A stretch of DNA of 64,000 bases from Malacoraja senta (Eukaryota), in contig CM075989.1 in assembly GCA_038087875.1 (NCBI GenBank), positions 23,810,001 to 23,874,000 on the forward strand, read 5' to 3'. The position numbers were made by a program, and so were the translations under genes. This document shows positions 52,529 to 64,000 of this stretch, piece by piece; position 1 is the stretch's first letter; the number at the start of each line of letters is the position of its first letter. Under the pieces are notes generated by a model. The model was not told where the DNA came from. It saw only the letters and a program-made list of their open reading frames with translations, and made no database searches.

Positions 52529-54650
52529 TTTGAGTCCTTTGTAAACCAGCATCAGTATATCCTTATTTCAACATAAGAATTGTGCCTTTATTTTGACCAT
52601 CTTAAGAAGCATCAACTAGATGGTGAAGAGGAATCAGAACTCTGTGGAGAACTGTAGACTCCCCCCCCCCTCCCCCCCAAACACCCCAGGGAATGGAATC
52701 TCACACGGTGAAGATCTATCGCACTCTCGTTGATTTCATTAATTAGCCATGGATAGATTTTGCCATGGAGGTTTCTTTATCAATGAAATGTATACTTCTT
52801 TGAACATTGTGAAGTACTTACATAACTATATATCTCATCTCCCGAGCAACATACCTTTTCATCATAGTGTGGTGCAATGGCGCAGCGGTAGAGGTTCCGG
52901 GTGGTGCTGCACGATGGCAGCCTCGCCAACAGTCTGTCTTGTCCTTTGCTTCTCTTGTAGTTTTTAGTTTGTTGTTAAATGTATGTTTCAATATATCTTT
53001 AGTTTTGTATTATGTTGACGGTGGGGGGGGGGGGGACATTTCTTTATTCTTTTCCTCGAGGGAGATTCGACTTTTTCCGTGTAGTATCTCCGTCCGCGCT
53101 GCGGCCTATCATCGTGGAGCTGGCGATCCATTTGTCAAGGATCGACTTCAGGAGCTCCAACCACTGGAGCTTCAATCGCCCCGACAGCGGATGGTTCGAT
53201 TGCCCCGACTAAGGGAGAAAAGGAGGGAAGATAATAATACGTTATTGCCTTCTGTCACAGTGCGCTGTGCTGGATGTTGATGTTAATTTTTATGTAGTTG
53301 TGTGTCTTGTTGCTTTTTTGGGTTGGCTGCACGGCAAATTAAATTCCTTGTATGTTTTTACATACTTGGCTAATAAATGAACTACAATTACAGTGACAGC
53401 CCCAGAGACCCGGGTTCGATCCTGACTACAGGTGCTGTCTGGACAGAGTTTGTACCTTCTCCCTGTGACCTGCGTGGGTTTTCTCCAGGTGCTCCGGTTC
53501 CCAACCACACTCTAAAGACCTACAAGTTTGTAGGTTAACTGGCATCTGTAAATTGTAAGTTGTTCCTAGTATGTATGATAGTGTTAGTGTACAGGGTGAT
53601 TGCTGTTTGGCATGTACTCGATGGGCCGAAGGGCCTGTTTCCCTGCTGCATCTCTAAAGTCTAAAGTCTTCATCTAATTTCCAAACTACTTGAGCCAACT
53701 TCTTTAGCTTCATATCTATGAAATGGATTAAGTTTATGATTTAGATTTGTTACTCTCAAATCCAACATAAATCTATTATGATCACTAGTTCCAGGAGTTT
53801 CTACCCAATTTTAATTGTGAGGTTGCTAATTAATTGTCTCATCACACATAATCAGTCGAAATTGCCTGTTCCTTGGATGAGTCCACAATATGTTGTTCTT
53901 TGAAACTGCTACAAATGTTCATTATTTCTCCATTAACAATCTGTCTAGCAACCGCTGTTCAGGAGTATTTAGACTAGTCCCACCAATATTATCTACATCT
54001 TGTTATCTCCATTCAAGCTGATTTTACATCCTCAGTTTCTGAGCCAAGATCATCTCTCACCGCTGTTCTAATGACACCCTTTCCTTAATAGATTATCTAG
54101 CCCTCTTTTCTTGCATGACATCTTTCTCTGCTACTGTTAATAAAAGAAACAGATTTCTGAGAACAAACATATTTCACGGTCTTGCATTATTTAAGTTTAA
54201 TTCAGTTTATTATTGTCACGTTCCAAAGTACAATGAAAAGCGTTTGTTTGCTTCCGATCCAGTCAAAGAAAAGAAAAGATTGTACATGAAATAATAAAAG
54301 TAGACAAAAATGCTGGAGAAACTCAGCGGGTGAGGCAGCATCTATGGAGAAAAGGAATAGGAGCGATGTTTCGGGTCGAGACCCTGCCGTCCCTGAATCT
54401 GGAGGTGTGTGTGTTCACACTTCTGTACCACAAATTTTTATGCTCATACGTTACTATATTCATTTATTTGAAGTACACAGAATTAGGGGCGGCACGGTGG
54501 CGCAGCGGTAGAGTTGCTGCCTTATGTCGCCAGAGACCCGGGTTCAATCCCGACTACGGGTGCTGTCTGTACGGAGTTTGCACGTTCTCACCGTGCCGCC
54601 CTCTTTGATCTTGGATCGCCGTGAATCAAATAAGAAAGATTACCCTAAAT

Positions 54651-55140
54651 CAGGGGTGGGGAATCTTGCGGCCTTTTGAATGAATCCAAATTTTGTAGAA
54701 CAAATCCTTTTATTAATAAGTTTTTGTTCGTCTTTTATTATTTTTATTTTAATCTTAAAATGATCGTATTTAAAATACCAAAGAGTAAAAGAAGATTCAA
54801 CGAAATAATCCTCCCCGACTGACGGCCACAATTAAAACATTAGTAAGTCATGAGGGCTATTGTGTTTTAAAACGGCCACATACCACCTGTTATGTTCATG
54901 ATTTAGTTCTAATGCGACTCTAGACTCCAGAGAGCAGTCACAACAAAGTCATTAAAAGGTTAGTTAACTTTAGAATCAACAATTTTTTTTCATTTTCTTG
55001 AAGTTAGTACATAGTGGTTAGATTTTTACAAAATAATGTACATTTTGAAGTATATCTAATTGAAGTTTCTTGGTTGCGGCCTTATTAGATTACAGCTAAC
55101 TTAATGCGGCATTCCAACATGAAAAGGTTCCCCACCCCTG
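54651..55140. mobile_element. hAT (Charlie-like) non-autonomous DNA transposon
   Basis: TIRs CAGGGGTGGGGAATCTT / AAGGTTCCCCACCCCTG; perfect 8-bp TSD ccctaaat at 54643-50 and 55141-48. Confidence 0.9.
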
Positions 55141-56489
55141 CCCTAAATCCTTCTGGAAACATCAGCAGCACATCATTTCAGAGCGGAATTGAATTTGTGA
55201 GCAAGTATTTAATCTATTGGGGCTTTTTTGTGAGTTTTACAGGTGCAATGATTGTTCTCTGTAAAGTCCTAAATCACTTAGTTTTAGTGCACATAAAATG
55301 CTGGAGTAACTCGGATAGAAGGACATTTCCTGTTCTCCAGAGATGCTGCCTGACCCGCTGAGTTACTCCAGCATTTTGTGTCCATCTTCGGTGTAAACCA
55401 GCATCTGCAGTTCCTTCCTACATACTTAGTTTTGGTTTCCGATCACTGCTGAGTGTACTCTATATATCCCTGTGCACTCAGTGTAGCATGGTGGCACAGC
55501 GGTAGAGTTGCTGCCTTACAGCGCCAGAAAACCTGGTTCGATCCTGCCCACGGGTGCTGTCTGTATGGAGTTAGACTCGACCCGAAAAATGTCACCTATT
55601 CCTTCTCTCCAGAGATGCTGCCTGTCCCGATGAGTTACTCCAGCTTTTTCTGCCTCTCACGAGCTTGTACGTTCTCCCCGTGACTTGTGTGGGTTTTCTC
55701 CAAGATCTTCGGTTTCCTACTACACTCTAAGGACGTACAGGTTAGTGGGTTAATTGGCCTGGTATAGATGTAAATTGTCCTTAGTGTGTGTAGGATATTG
55801 TTAATATCTGGGGATCGCTGGTCGGCGCGGACGCCGTGGGCCGAAGGGCCTGTTTCCGCGCTGTATCTCTAAACTGAACTAATGTAAACAGATAGCAGTA
55901 CCTGAGCCACTGATTGCATTGGGATAGTCATGTGGTGGATATTAGGTCACAGTCTTGAGCTGGATCATGTGAATTCCAGGTCAACCAGTGACTAATAGTG
56001 TCTCTGGCAGCGGTAAGCACCTCTCCACTGGGATTACAGGCTCTGCTGCCAGGAGATTCAACAGCCACAGATGTAAAATCACTCAGCCATTAAAAGCATG
56101 TCAAACATGACACTTGCTGAGGCATGAACAGGATCAATAAGCATAAATCCAAGTTATTCTGCTGAACACAACATTGGCAGAACAAACAGACGTAAAATGA
56201 TTGCAAGTGTTACTCTCGATGCTAGGCTGGTTTTGACCACCTTGCAAATGCTTCAGATGGTACAAAGAGTTTTCTGAGGCATGCTACAATCAATGCAATA
56301 AGCACGCAGGATTCAATTTGTCAAATGTGTTCATTCAAATTAATTTCCTGTGGACAGATTAATGAATCTTATGGATTTGTGATCATTTTTTATTAGTGCA
56401 CAAGTAAGCATAAACTGGAAATAACAATTAGCAACAGTATAATATTTGTATACCAGGAGTTATCCACGAGACCTGAGCACATTCATATT

Positions 56490-56790
56490 TAGTTTAGTTT
56501 TTAATTTAGAGATACAGCATGGAAGCAGGCCCACCGAGTCTGCACCGACCAGCAATCACCCGTACACCAGTTCTATCCTACACAATAGGGACAATTTTAC
56601 AGAAGCCAATTAACCTACAAACCTGCACGTCTTTGGGATGTGGGAGGAAACCGGGGCACCTGGAGAAAACCCATGCAGGTCACGGGGAGAACGTACAAAG
56701 TCCATACAGACTGCACCCGTAGTCGGGATTGAACCCAGGTCTCTGGCGCTGTGAGGCAGCAACTCTACCGCCGCGCCACCGTGCCACCCC
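56490..56790 (-). mobile_element. HE1-like V-SINE
   Basis: Head, V domain and tail on the minus strand. Confidence 0.85.
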
Positions 56791-59700
56791 TAATTCTGGT
56801 GTGTACTTCAAATAAATAAATATAGTGATGTATGAGCATGGAAATTTCTTGTATTAATAATATCTGCGGAGACATCGCGGGGTGACGCCTGGATGGTCAT
56901 GAGTAGTCGCCCAAAGAGTCGTACCTTTTTCTGGTCGCTGCTGGATTTTTAACATGTTGAAAATTTTCGGCGACCTGCTGTGACTATGTCAGGTGCCGGC
57001 AAGTCGCTGAAAAAACCACGTAAGTGGGACAGGCCCTTTACATTACTGAAATTGTGGCATTGTTGTTAGAAACTGGAAGCATCGGCTTAAATGTAAACAA
57101 AATTAGCGCACGTCAATGCTGCACGATATTTCTCCTCCTGAATATAACATAAAAGATATTTCACTTTTTTAAACCAAGAAACACAAATTCTGCATTTGCT
57201 TTCATCTTCAAGCTGCAAGTCCTCCAGGTCATGTACACAACTCTGCAGGTAGGGGAATGGGAATTGATTCCGGCAGTTCCTGCTAGGAGCATCGATGGTC
57301 CCAACCGAGTCCATGGACTTGAATGGATGCACAGATTGCAACCTAGAGGGGAATCTTTCATACTCCAGTAGGCATTAGAGAGGGAATTGGAGATTAAATT
57401 AAACATATCGAGCTTCATCATTCAATTAAATATATCGAGCTTCATCATGCAGAACCACTGTTCAAATAGTTCTTTTTTTTTTTTTATTCCTTGATCTCTC
57501 CTCAGTAGGTGGATATTCTATTCTCATCAAAGCCCCCCTGGCTTTAGTGAATCGCTAACACCCAGAGGTTCACAGTCTCAAGCCAAAGTTTTCAAAAGAT
57601 TCACGTTAACACAGTATCGTGGAAGAAAGACAATATTTCCAGGCATTGTTTAAGGGGATGTTGTAGGAAGGAACTGCAGAAGCTGGTTTACACCGATGCT
57701 GGAGTAACTCAGCGGGACAGGCAGCATCTCTGGAGAAAAGGAATAGGTTGTGTTTTGGGTACCAGCTTCAAAGTCGTCTTGTTGAGTCTCATTGTCTGTA
57801 TACTTTCTCAAGGTGCAAAGTTCTTTAATATCTAATCAGCCAGGTCGTATTTTGCCAGCAGTTAGTGAAAGGCTCTGGTCATCTTCCTTCTCACTAATAC
57901 ATGCATTCATAACTCCTGGCTCTGTGCGTTTCAGCACTGTGTCACTGACCATGCTGGAGATTAGGTGTTAACGCACGTGGCCTCTCCATTCCCCACTGGC
58001 GTCACTGCTAAACAGTGATACCGTAGCCTGGATTTTTCCTGAAGAGGAAATTCCTCCCTCGCACTCTGCCTGTCAAAACCCCAGTGAAAAAAGGACACAA
58101 AATGCTGGAGTAACTCAACGGGTCAGGCGGCATCTCTGGAGAACATGGATAGGTGGTGTTTTGGGTTGGAACCCTTCTTCAGACTTCAATCAAGTGCTCT
58201 CTTGCTCTTTTACAATCTAGCCGATACTGGTCTAGTCTGTGCAGCCTTTCTTCATAAGACAACCTGCCAATTTGTGATCTTGGAGTGCCTTCGAAACGGA
58301 GAGAAGATATAGCAGAGAGTAAATGGTTCATGATCTTTCAAACACTTAGAAAGATGTCCTTCCAGGGAAAGACAGAATTGTGAGACCAAGGTTTCATAAA
58401 GCAAGCTGGACAAATGGTGCTGCGATATAGCGTGATAGAGTGATACAGCGTGGAAACAGGCCCTTCGGCCCAACTTACCCACACCGGCCAACATGCCCCA
58501 TCTACACTAGTCCCACCTGCCCGCATTTGGCCCATATCCCTTCAAACCTGTGTAGCAGATCATGAGAGAACGCAGGATTTAGAGATTGGGTTGGTTGTTG
58601 GTGGAGTAGATTGGTGGAACGGTAGAGTAGCTGCCGTGAAGAGTGAGGTTCAACACAGACAGAGACGTTTGAAACGGAGCCTTGAACTGTCTATTGATGC
58701 ATTTCAGTGAGCACGTTGCCAGAGGATTCGGGAGAGCAATAGATAATGAGGATTTACTGAGCATCACAATACTGGAAAGTGCTTTTGATGGAACTGGTAC
58801 CTTGACTGGCCACCATGGCTGCTTGCAAGGCAACTGTAAATGCACTCGAGATGTAATTCATTGGCTGCTAAGTGCTTTGGACCATTAAATGCAATTGTCC
58901 TTGCTCATTAGAAGTGTTTTTAACGGCATAAATTGTATCAACCATAACAATGCATCTTTTCGACTGACGGTGACTCCTACTATTTGTTTATTCTTTGTTC
59001 ATAGTAGTTTTAACTCAACTAATGTCAATTTAATCATGGAATTCCACAAAGTAAGAAAATATAAACAGGTAAATTTGTAAGAAACAGAATGAATTTATAA
59101 TAGTGTAGATTATTGTCTTGTGTACAGAGGTACAGTGAAAAGCTTTTGTTGCGAGCTGTCCAGCCAAAGAAAAGATTATACATGATCACAATCAAGTCAT
59201 CCACAGTGAACAGATGAAGGATAAAGGGTAAAACATTTAGTGCAAGATATAACATTGAGGTCCGATAAAGTACGATGAAAGTACGTTCAAAGGTCTCCAA
59301 TGAGGTACAGTAACATAAAGTGATCCTTCAGACTTTGATAGTGAGATTTTTGTGGACTATTGGACTCTGGCTTCTGACTGCAAACTCTGTTTCCATGTGA
59401 GACCTTCTCACCTTCCAGACTAATATGTAAGCAAGAGACATACAAAATACTGGCGGAACTCAGCAGGTCAATAGACAATGGACAATAGGTGCAGGAGTCA
59501 GCACCGCCATTCACTATGATCACGGCTGATCATCCACAATCAGTTCCCCGTTCCTGCCTTCTCCCCATATCCCTTGACTCCGCTATCTTTAAGAGCTCTA
59601 TCTAACTCTCTCTTGAAAGTATTCAGAGAATCGGCCTCCACTACCTACAGGGGCAGATAATTGAGGCAGCATCTCTGGAGAAAAAAGAATAGATGATGTT

Positions 59701-62700
59701 TCTGGTCACAATCCTTGTTCAGATTGAAAGTAGAGGTGGGGGAAAGGGGAGGGGAGGGGAGGGGAAAAAAAATAAGCTGGAGGCGAGAAAAGTCAGGGCC
59801 GGCAACAGATGACCTCAGGAAGGGTGGAGCCCACAATGGCCCATTGTTGGCTGGGGAAGAGGTGATAACAAGAGGGATACAAGAATGCGAACAATGAGTA
59901 ACGCGAAGGATAATGGATAGTTTTGTTTCAGTTTAGTCTATTGTCACATGTACCGAGGTACAGTGAAAAGCTTTTGTTGCGTGCTAACCAGTCAGCAGAA
60001 AGACAATACATGATTACAATACATGAATACAATGATTTTCAAGAGAGAGTTAGATGTAGCCCTTAGGGGTAAAGGAATCAAGGGATATGGGGGGAAAGCA
60101 GGAACGGGGTACTGATTTTAGATGATCAGCCATGATAATATTGATTGGCAGTGCTGGCTCAATTGACCGAATGGCCTACTCCTGCACATAATTGTCTATG
60201 TTTCTGAGAGCCCTCCACAGTTTACTGATTAGAGAGTTATAAAGAGTGGAGCAATTGTAAATTGTGATTACAAATCCACTTCTATGCTGAGCACACAAAT
60301 AGTGGCCTGGGTTGGGCACGGTCTTGGATAGAAGCCCCAGTGGAAGAAGTAGATCTCCGCTGGGATTTCAGAACAATTGGATGTCAGCTTATCAGAGTCT
60401 CACTGTAATTAAAAATCAGGAGGATTCATGGATCGAGCTGTATTTTTAATGTAACTTAAATATGCCTGAAGAAGGGTCTCAACCCGAAACGTCACCCATT
60501 CCTTCTCTCCAGAAGATGCTGCCAGTCCCGCTGAGTTACTCCAGCTTTTTGTGTCTATCCTCGGTGTAAACCAGCATCTGCAGTTCCTTCCTACGCATGA
60601 AATATATTAAGGAGTGCTTTGAGTACATGTTCTACAAGTTTCACACCCCACTGACCCTCACCACACCATACCCTTTGCTGATAAAATCGTGTATCCTTTG
60701 ACACACTAAGCAGAGAAATAAAGCAATAGAAATGTATCAATGACAATGACAGAAGTAGATGGAGATGTAGGGCCACTTCCTTGTTGCAACACTTGTCGTC
60801 AGACAGAGTTACACAGTTAAGTCAATTAATGCACTTACATCTGCTCAGGAATATATCCAAACAGACATCTATACACAAAGGGATATATCTACATGATCAA
60901 ACACACACACAGAACCCTTTTTAATTTAATTATAGTCCTTGTTATTTATTGATTAGGAATAGTGTAGCATCACTCTGTTCCTCCATGGCGTCCATTACTT
61001 GCTGAGTCGCTCTGACAATTCTTCTGGTATTATAGATTGAGACATGATGTCAGAAAATCAATAGGATCGAACTCACTCAAGGTGCAGCAAAGATAATGGC
61101 AACCAATTAGATTTCTGCATAATTACAACCCCTCCACATTCGTAGTCGACATTAAGAACTAAAACGTTATTTCCTGTGACACCCGCACTAAGTCCGCTTG
61201 TAGTTTAGTTTGGAGCTGCAGCATGGAAACAGGTCCTTTGACCCACCGAATCCATCGCCCGTTCACACTAGTTCTATGTTATCCCACTTTCGCATCCACT
61301 CCATACACACAAGAGCCAATTAACCTACAAACCCGCACGTCTTTTGGAGTGTGGGTGGAAACCGGAGCACCCGGAGAAAACCCACGTGGTCACAGGGAGA
61401 ACATGCACAGACAGCACCCGAGGTCAGGATCGAACCCAGGTCTCTGGCATTGGAAGGCAGTAGCTCTACCCACTGGGCCACCGTGAAGTGACTCTAACTC
61501 TGTCTCCTGACGCTGGTGCCATTCCTCCATCTTCACATCGACCACTGCGCTGACAGAAACCATCTGGAACATTTGTGCACAGTTTCTGTAAACGTTGGGG
61601 AATCTATGAACAACTTACATTTCCTATTTCCTATTACAAATTGAAATGAAGCTCGCAAGTGCCTGAACCGACTGATCTTGCCGCAGAAAATAAAACAATG
61701 TTTGTCCTTGCTTGGTTTCCCAAGGCCGCGCTACTTGATATAATTGATCCACACCTCACCGTCATCAACTCAGCAGAGGGATCATCAACAATCATGCCTG
61801 AGGCATCGTACCACAAGCTGAGCACCAGCCCCACCATCAAGAAAGGCGTCCAACTTAAAAATGTATCATGTTTAGATATACAACCTGAAAACTGGCCCCA
61901 CTGCCCACCGAGTCCACGCCGACCAGCGATCATCTGTTCACATGCTCTGAAGAAGGGTCTCGACCCAAAACGTCACCCACTCCTTCTCTCCAGAGAGGCT
62001 GCCTGTCCCGCTGAGTTACTCCAGCATTTTGTGTCTATCTTCGGTTTAAACCAACGTTCCTCCTACACACCACTTTCTCATTCACTCTTTACACACTAGG
62101 GGGCAATTTGCAGAGACAATTAACCTACAAACTACTACAGTTGCAAAATTGTACTGGTGACAATTGATGTGCATGCACCTGGTGTGTTGCTGGCACCGGG
62201 CATGCACCAACTGACCGGCGCATTGTTGCACAAAGTGTCGCACCAAGCCACCAGGCAGTGATGACAGCAGCTGCAACGCTACGCAACATATGTCTACACC
62301 AGGTATGATGTTCTTTGCCCGAAGTAAGAATGAGGCTGGAAGGTGCAAGTGTCTTGAGAATTATCTGCAACAAAATGTATAGATGGAAAACGATGAGCAG
62401 GAAATCCCAGTCCCTCGCTGCAAGAGTTTCAAGAGGCTAATTTACTGGTAATTTAATTAGAAAAGCTAATGAAATGTGTATTGTAGAGGAATTGAATGCA
62501 AAATGAGGGAGATCATGCTTCAGTTACAGAGTGCGCTGATGAAACCGCAGCTAGTGTACTTAATTAGTCTTCTTATTTAATGAAGAATGCTTGATGCGTT
62601 GGAAAGTTAATTAAACTAGGAATGGAACATTGTTAGACTAGAATGGATGAGCTGTGTCATGGGGAAAGGTGGGGCAGGCGAGGCTTGCAACCAATGACCT

Positions 62701-62711
62701 TTAGAAGACTA

Positions 62712-62981
62712 ATGGGCCAGTCCCACTTACACGACTTTTTCGGCGACTGCCGGGACCCGTCATAGGTCGTTGCAGGTCGGCAAAAAATTTAAATGTGTTG
62801 AAAATTCAGCGGCGACCAGAAAGACGCTACGACTCTTTGGGCGACTGATGAGACGACTCACGACCATACAGGCGACACCCTGGCGACATGTCGCGGGGTG
62901 AAGCCTGTATGGTCGTGAGTAGTTGCCCAAAGAGTCGTACCTTGTTCTGGTCGCCGCTGGATTTTCAACATGTTGAAAATT
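62712..62981. mobile_element. Foldback (palindromic) MITE with GGGCCWGTCCCACTT terminus, right end truncated
   Basis: Self-complementary about gcgacatgtcgc (62883-94); a right-half-only copy at ~56871-57037 ends aagtgggacaggccct. Confidence 0.7.
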
Positions 62982-62989
62982 ACCTCAGC

Positions 62990-63272
62990 CATGGTGACGC
63001 AACGGTAGAGTTGCTGCCTCACAGCGCCAGAGAACCGGGTTCGATCTTGACTACGGATGCTGTCTGTATGGAGTTTTGTACGTTCTCCCTGTGACCGCGT
63101 GGGTTTTCTCCGGGTGCTCCGGTTTCCTCCCACATTCCAAAGATGTACGGGTTTGTAGGTTAGTTGGCTTCTGCAAATTATCCCAAGTGTGTAGGATAAA
63201 ATTTGTGCATGGGTGATCGCTGGTCGGCATGGACTCAGTGGGCCGAAGGGCCTGTTTCCATGCTGTATCTTT
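62990..63272 (+). mobile_element. HE1-like V-SINE
   Basis: ggtgacgcaacggtagag...ggttcgatct...gggccgaagggcctgtttccatgctgtatct. Confidence 0.85.
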
Positions 63273-63469
63273 GAACCAGAATGGAAAGCAAAGTTGCAGT
63301 TGCAATCAGATTAACCATTTGCAAAAGCAATTTATTATGTTTGTCTTGAGGAGCATGTTGTGTACAAGTTGTTTGTTCGTTCTGTCCATTCATATCACAG
63401 TAAGACTCAAGCAGTCTCCTAGCTGGTAATTATGCAAAACCAGTTAGGTACAGCGGGATAATGGTACGG

Positions 63470-63872
63470 TACACCTCACGCTGCCTCGGCAAGGCCAGCA
63501 GCATAATCAAGGACCAGTCACACACTGGCCACTCCCTCTTCTCCCCTCTCCCATCAGGCAAGAGGCATAGAAGTGTGAAAACACACACCTCAAGATTCAG
63601 CGACAGTTATCAGGCAACTGAACCAGCTGTTATCAGGCAACCGAACCATCCTACCACAACCAGAGAGCAGTCCTGAACTACTATCTACCTCATTGGTGAC
63701 CATCGGACTTGATCGGACTCTGTAGTCTTTACCTTCCCCTTATCATGTATCTGTACATTGTTAATGGCTCGATTGTAATCATGTATTGTCCTTCCGATGA
63801 CTGGTTAGCACGAAACAAAAGCTTTTCACTGTACCTCGGTACATCTTGTGACAATAAACTAAACTGAAACTG
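63470..63872 (+). mobile_element. Abundant Rex1-like short 3' fragment family (representative copy)
   Basis: YTSRCLGKASSIIKDQSHTGHSLFSPLPSGKRHRSVK; 3' end gcttttcactgtacctcggtacac...gacaataaactaaac. Other copies near 8430-8695, 10080-10340, 16135-16380, 28640-28815, 44350-44760, 49470-49680, 59110-59305. Confidence 0.75.
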
Positions 63873-64000
63873 ATGGGAGCTGAGGACAAATTGTGAAATA
63901 TCCCAGTGTGAAATTCAAAGGAAATATTGAAAGTCGGAGGTAATTGGAAACAATTCATAACATTGGTTGGTGTTTAAGGAGCGATCTGCAGAGATGGTCG

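Noticed and set aside
57087..57243. Possible exon SCVHDLEDLQLEDESKCRICVSWFKK
   Set aside because: Acceptor is plausible but there is no good donor and no recognisable homology.
61760..61853. Possible exon WTPFLMVGLVLSLWYDASGMIVDDPSAELMT
   Set aside because: Weak acceptor (ttttaag) and no recognisable homology; cannot be supported without RNA data.

Overview
Eukaryotic, repeat-dominated non-coding DNA (intronic or intergenic). The HE1/V-SINE, HER1/CR1, Rex1/Babar, L2 and Penelope repertoire points to a cartilaginous fish, probably a skate or ray (inference). No host protein-coding gene can be confidently identified: every ORF I could recognise is a retroelement remnant or microsatellite translation, and a few weak minus-strand exon candidates are listed. 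The most notable signal is a ~140-bp TSD-flanked SINE-like element in two copies (33163-33304 +, 25553-25688 -). It begins exactly at G1 of a 53-nt minimal (essentially P4-less) HDV/CPEB3-like ribozyme fold and ends in a (GAA)n tail. That tail resembles the end of a Vingi/Ingi-like LINE fragment in the same window (6638-6859). The window also holds many Penelope-derived minimal hammerhead ribozyme cores, Harbinger-like and hAT MITEs, a nested solo LTR, ancient DeuSINE relics, signs of local DNA-level duplication, and a 200-N assembly gap. All family assignments come from reading the sequence and from recalled family features; no database search was run.
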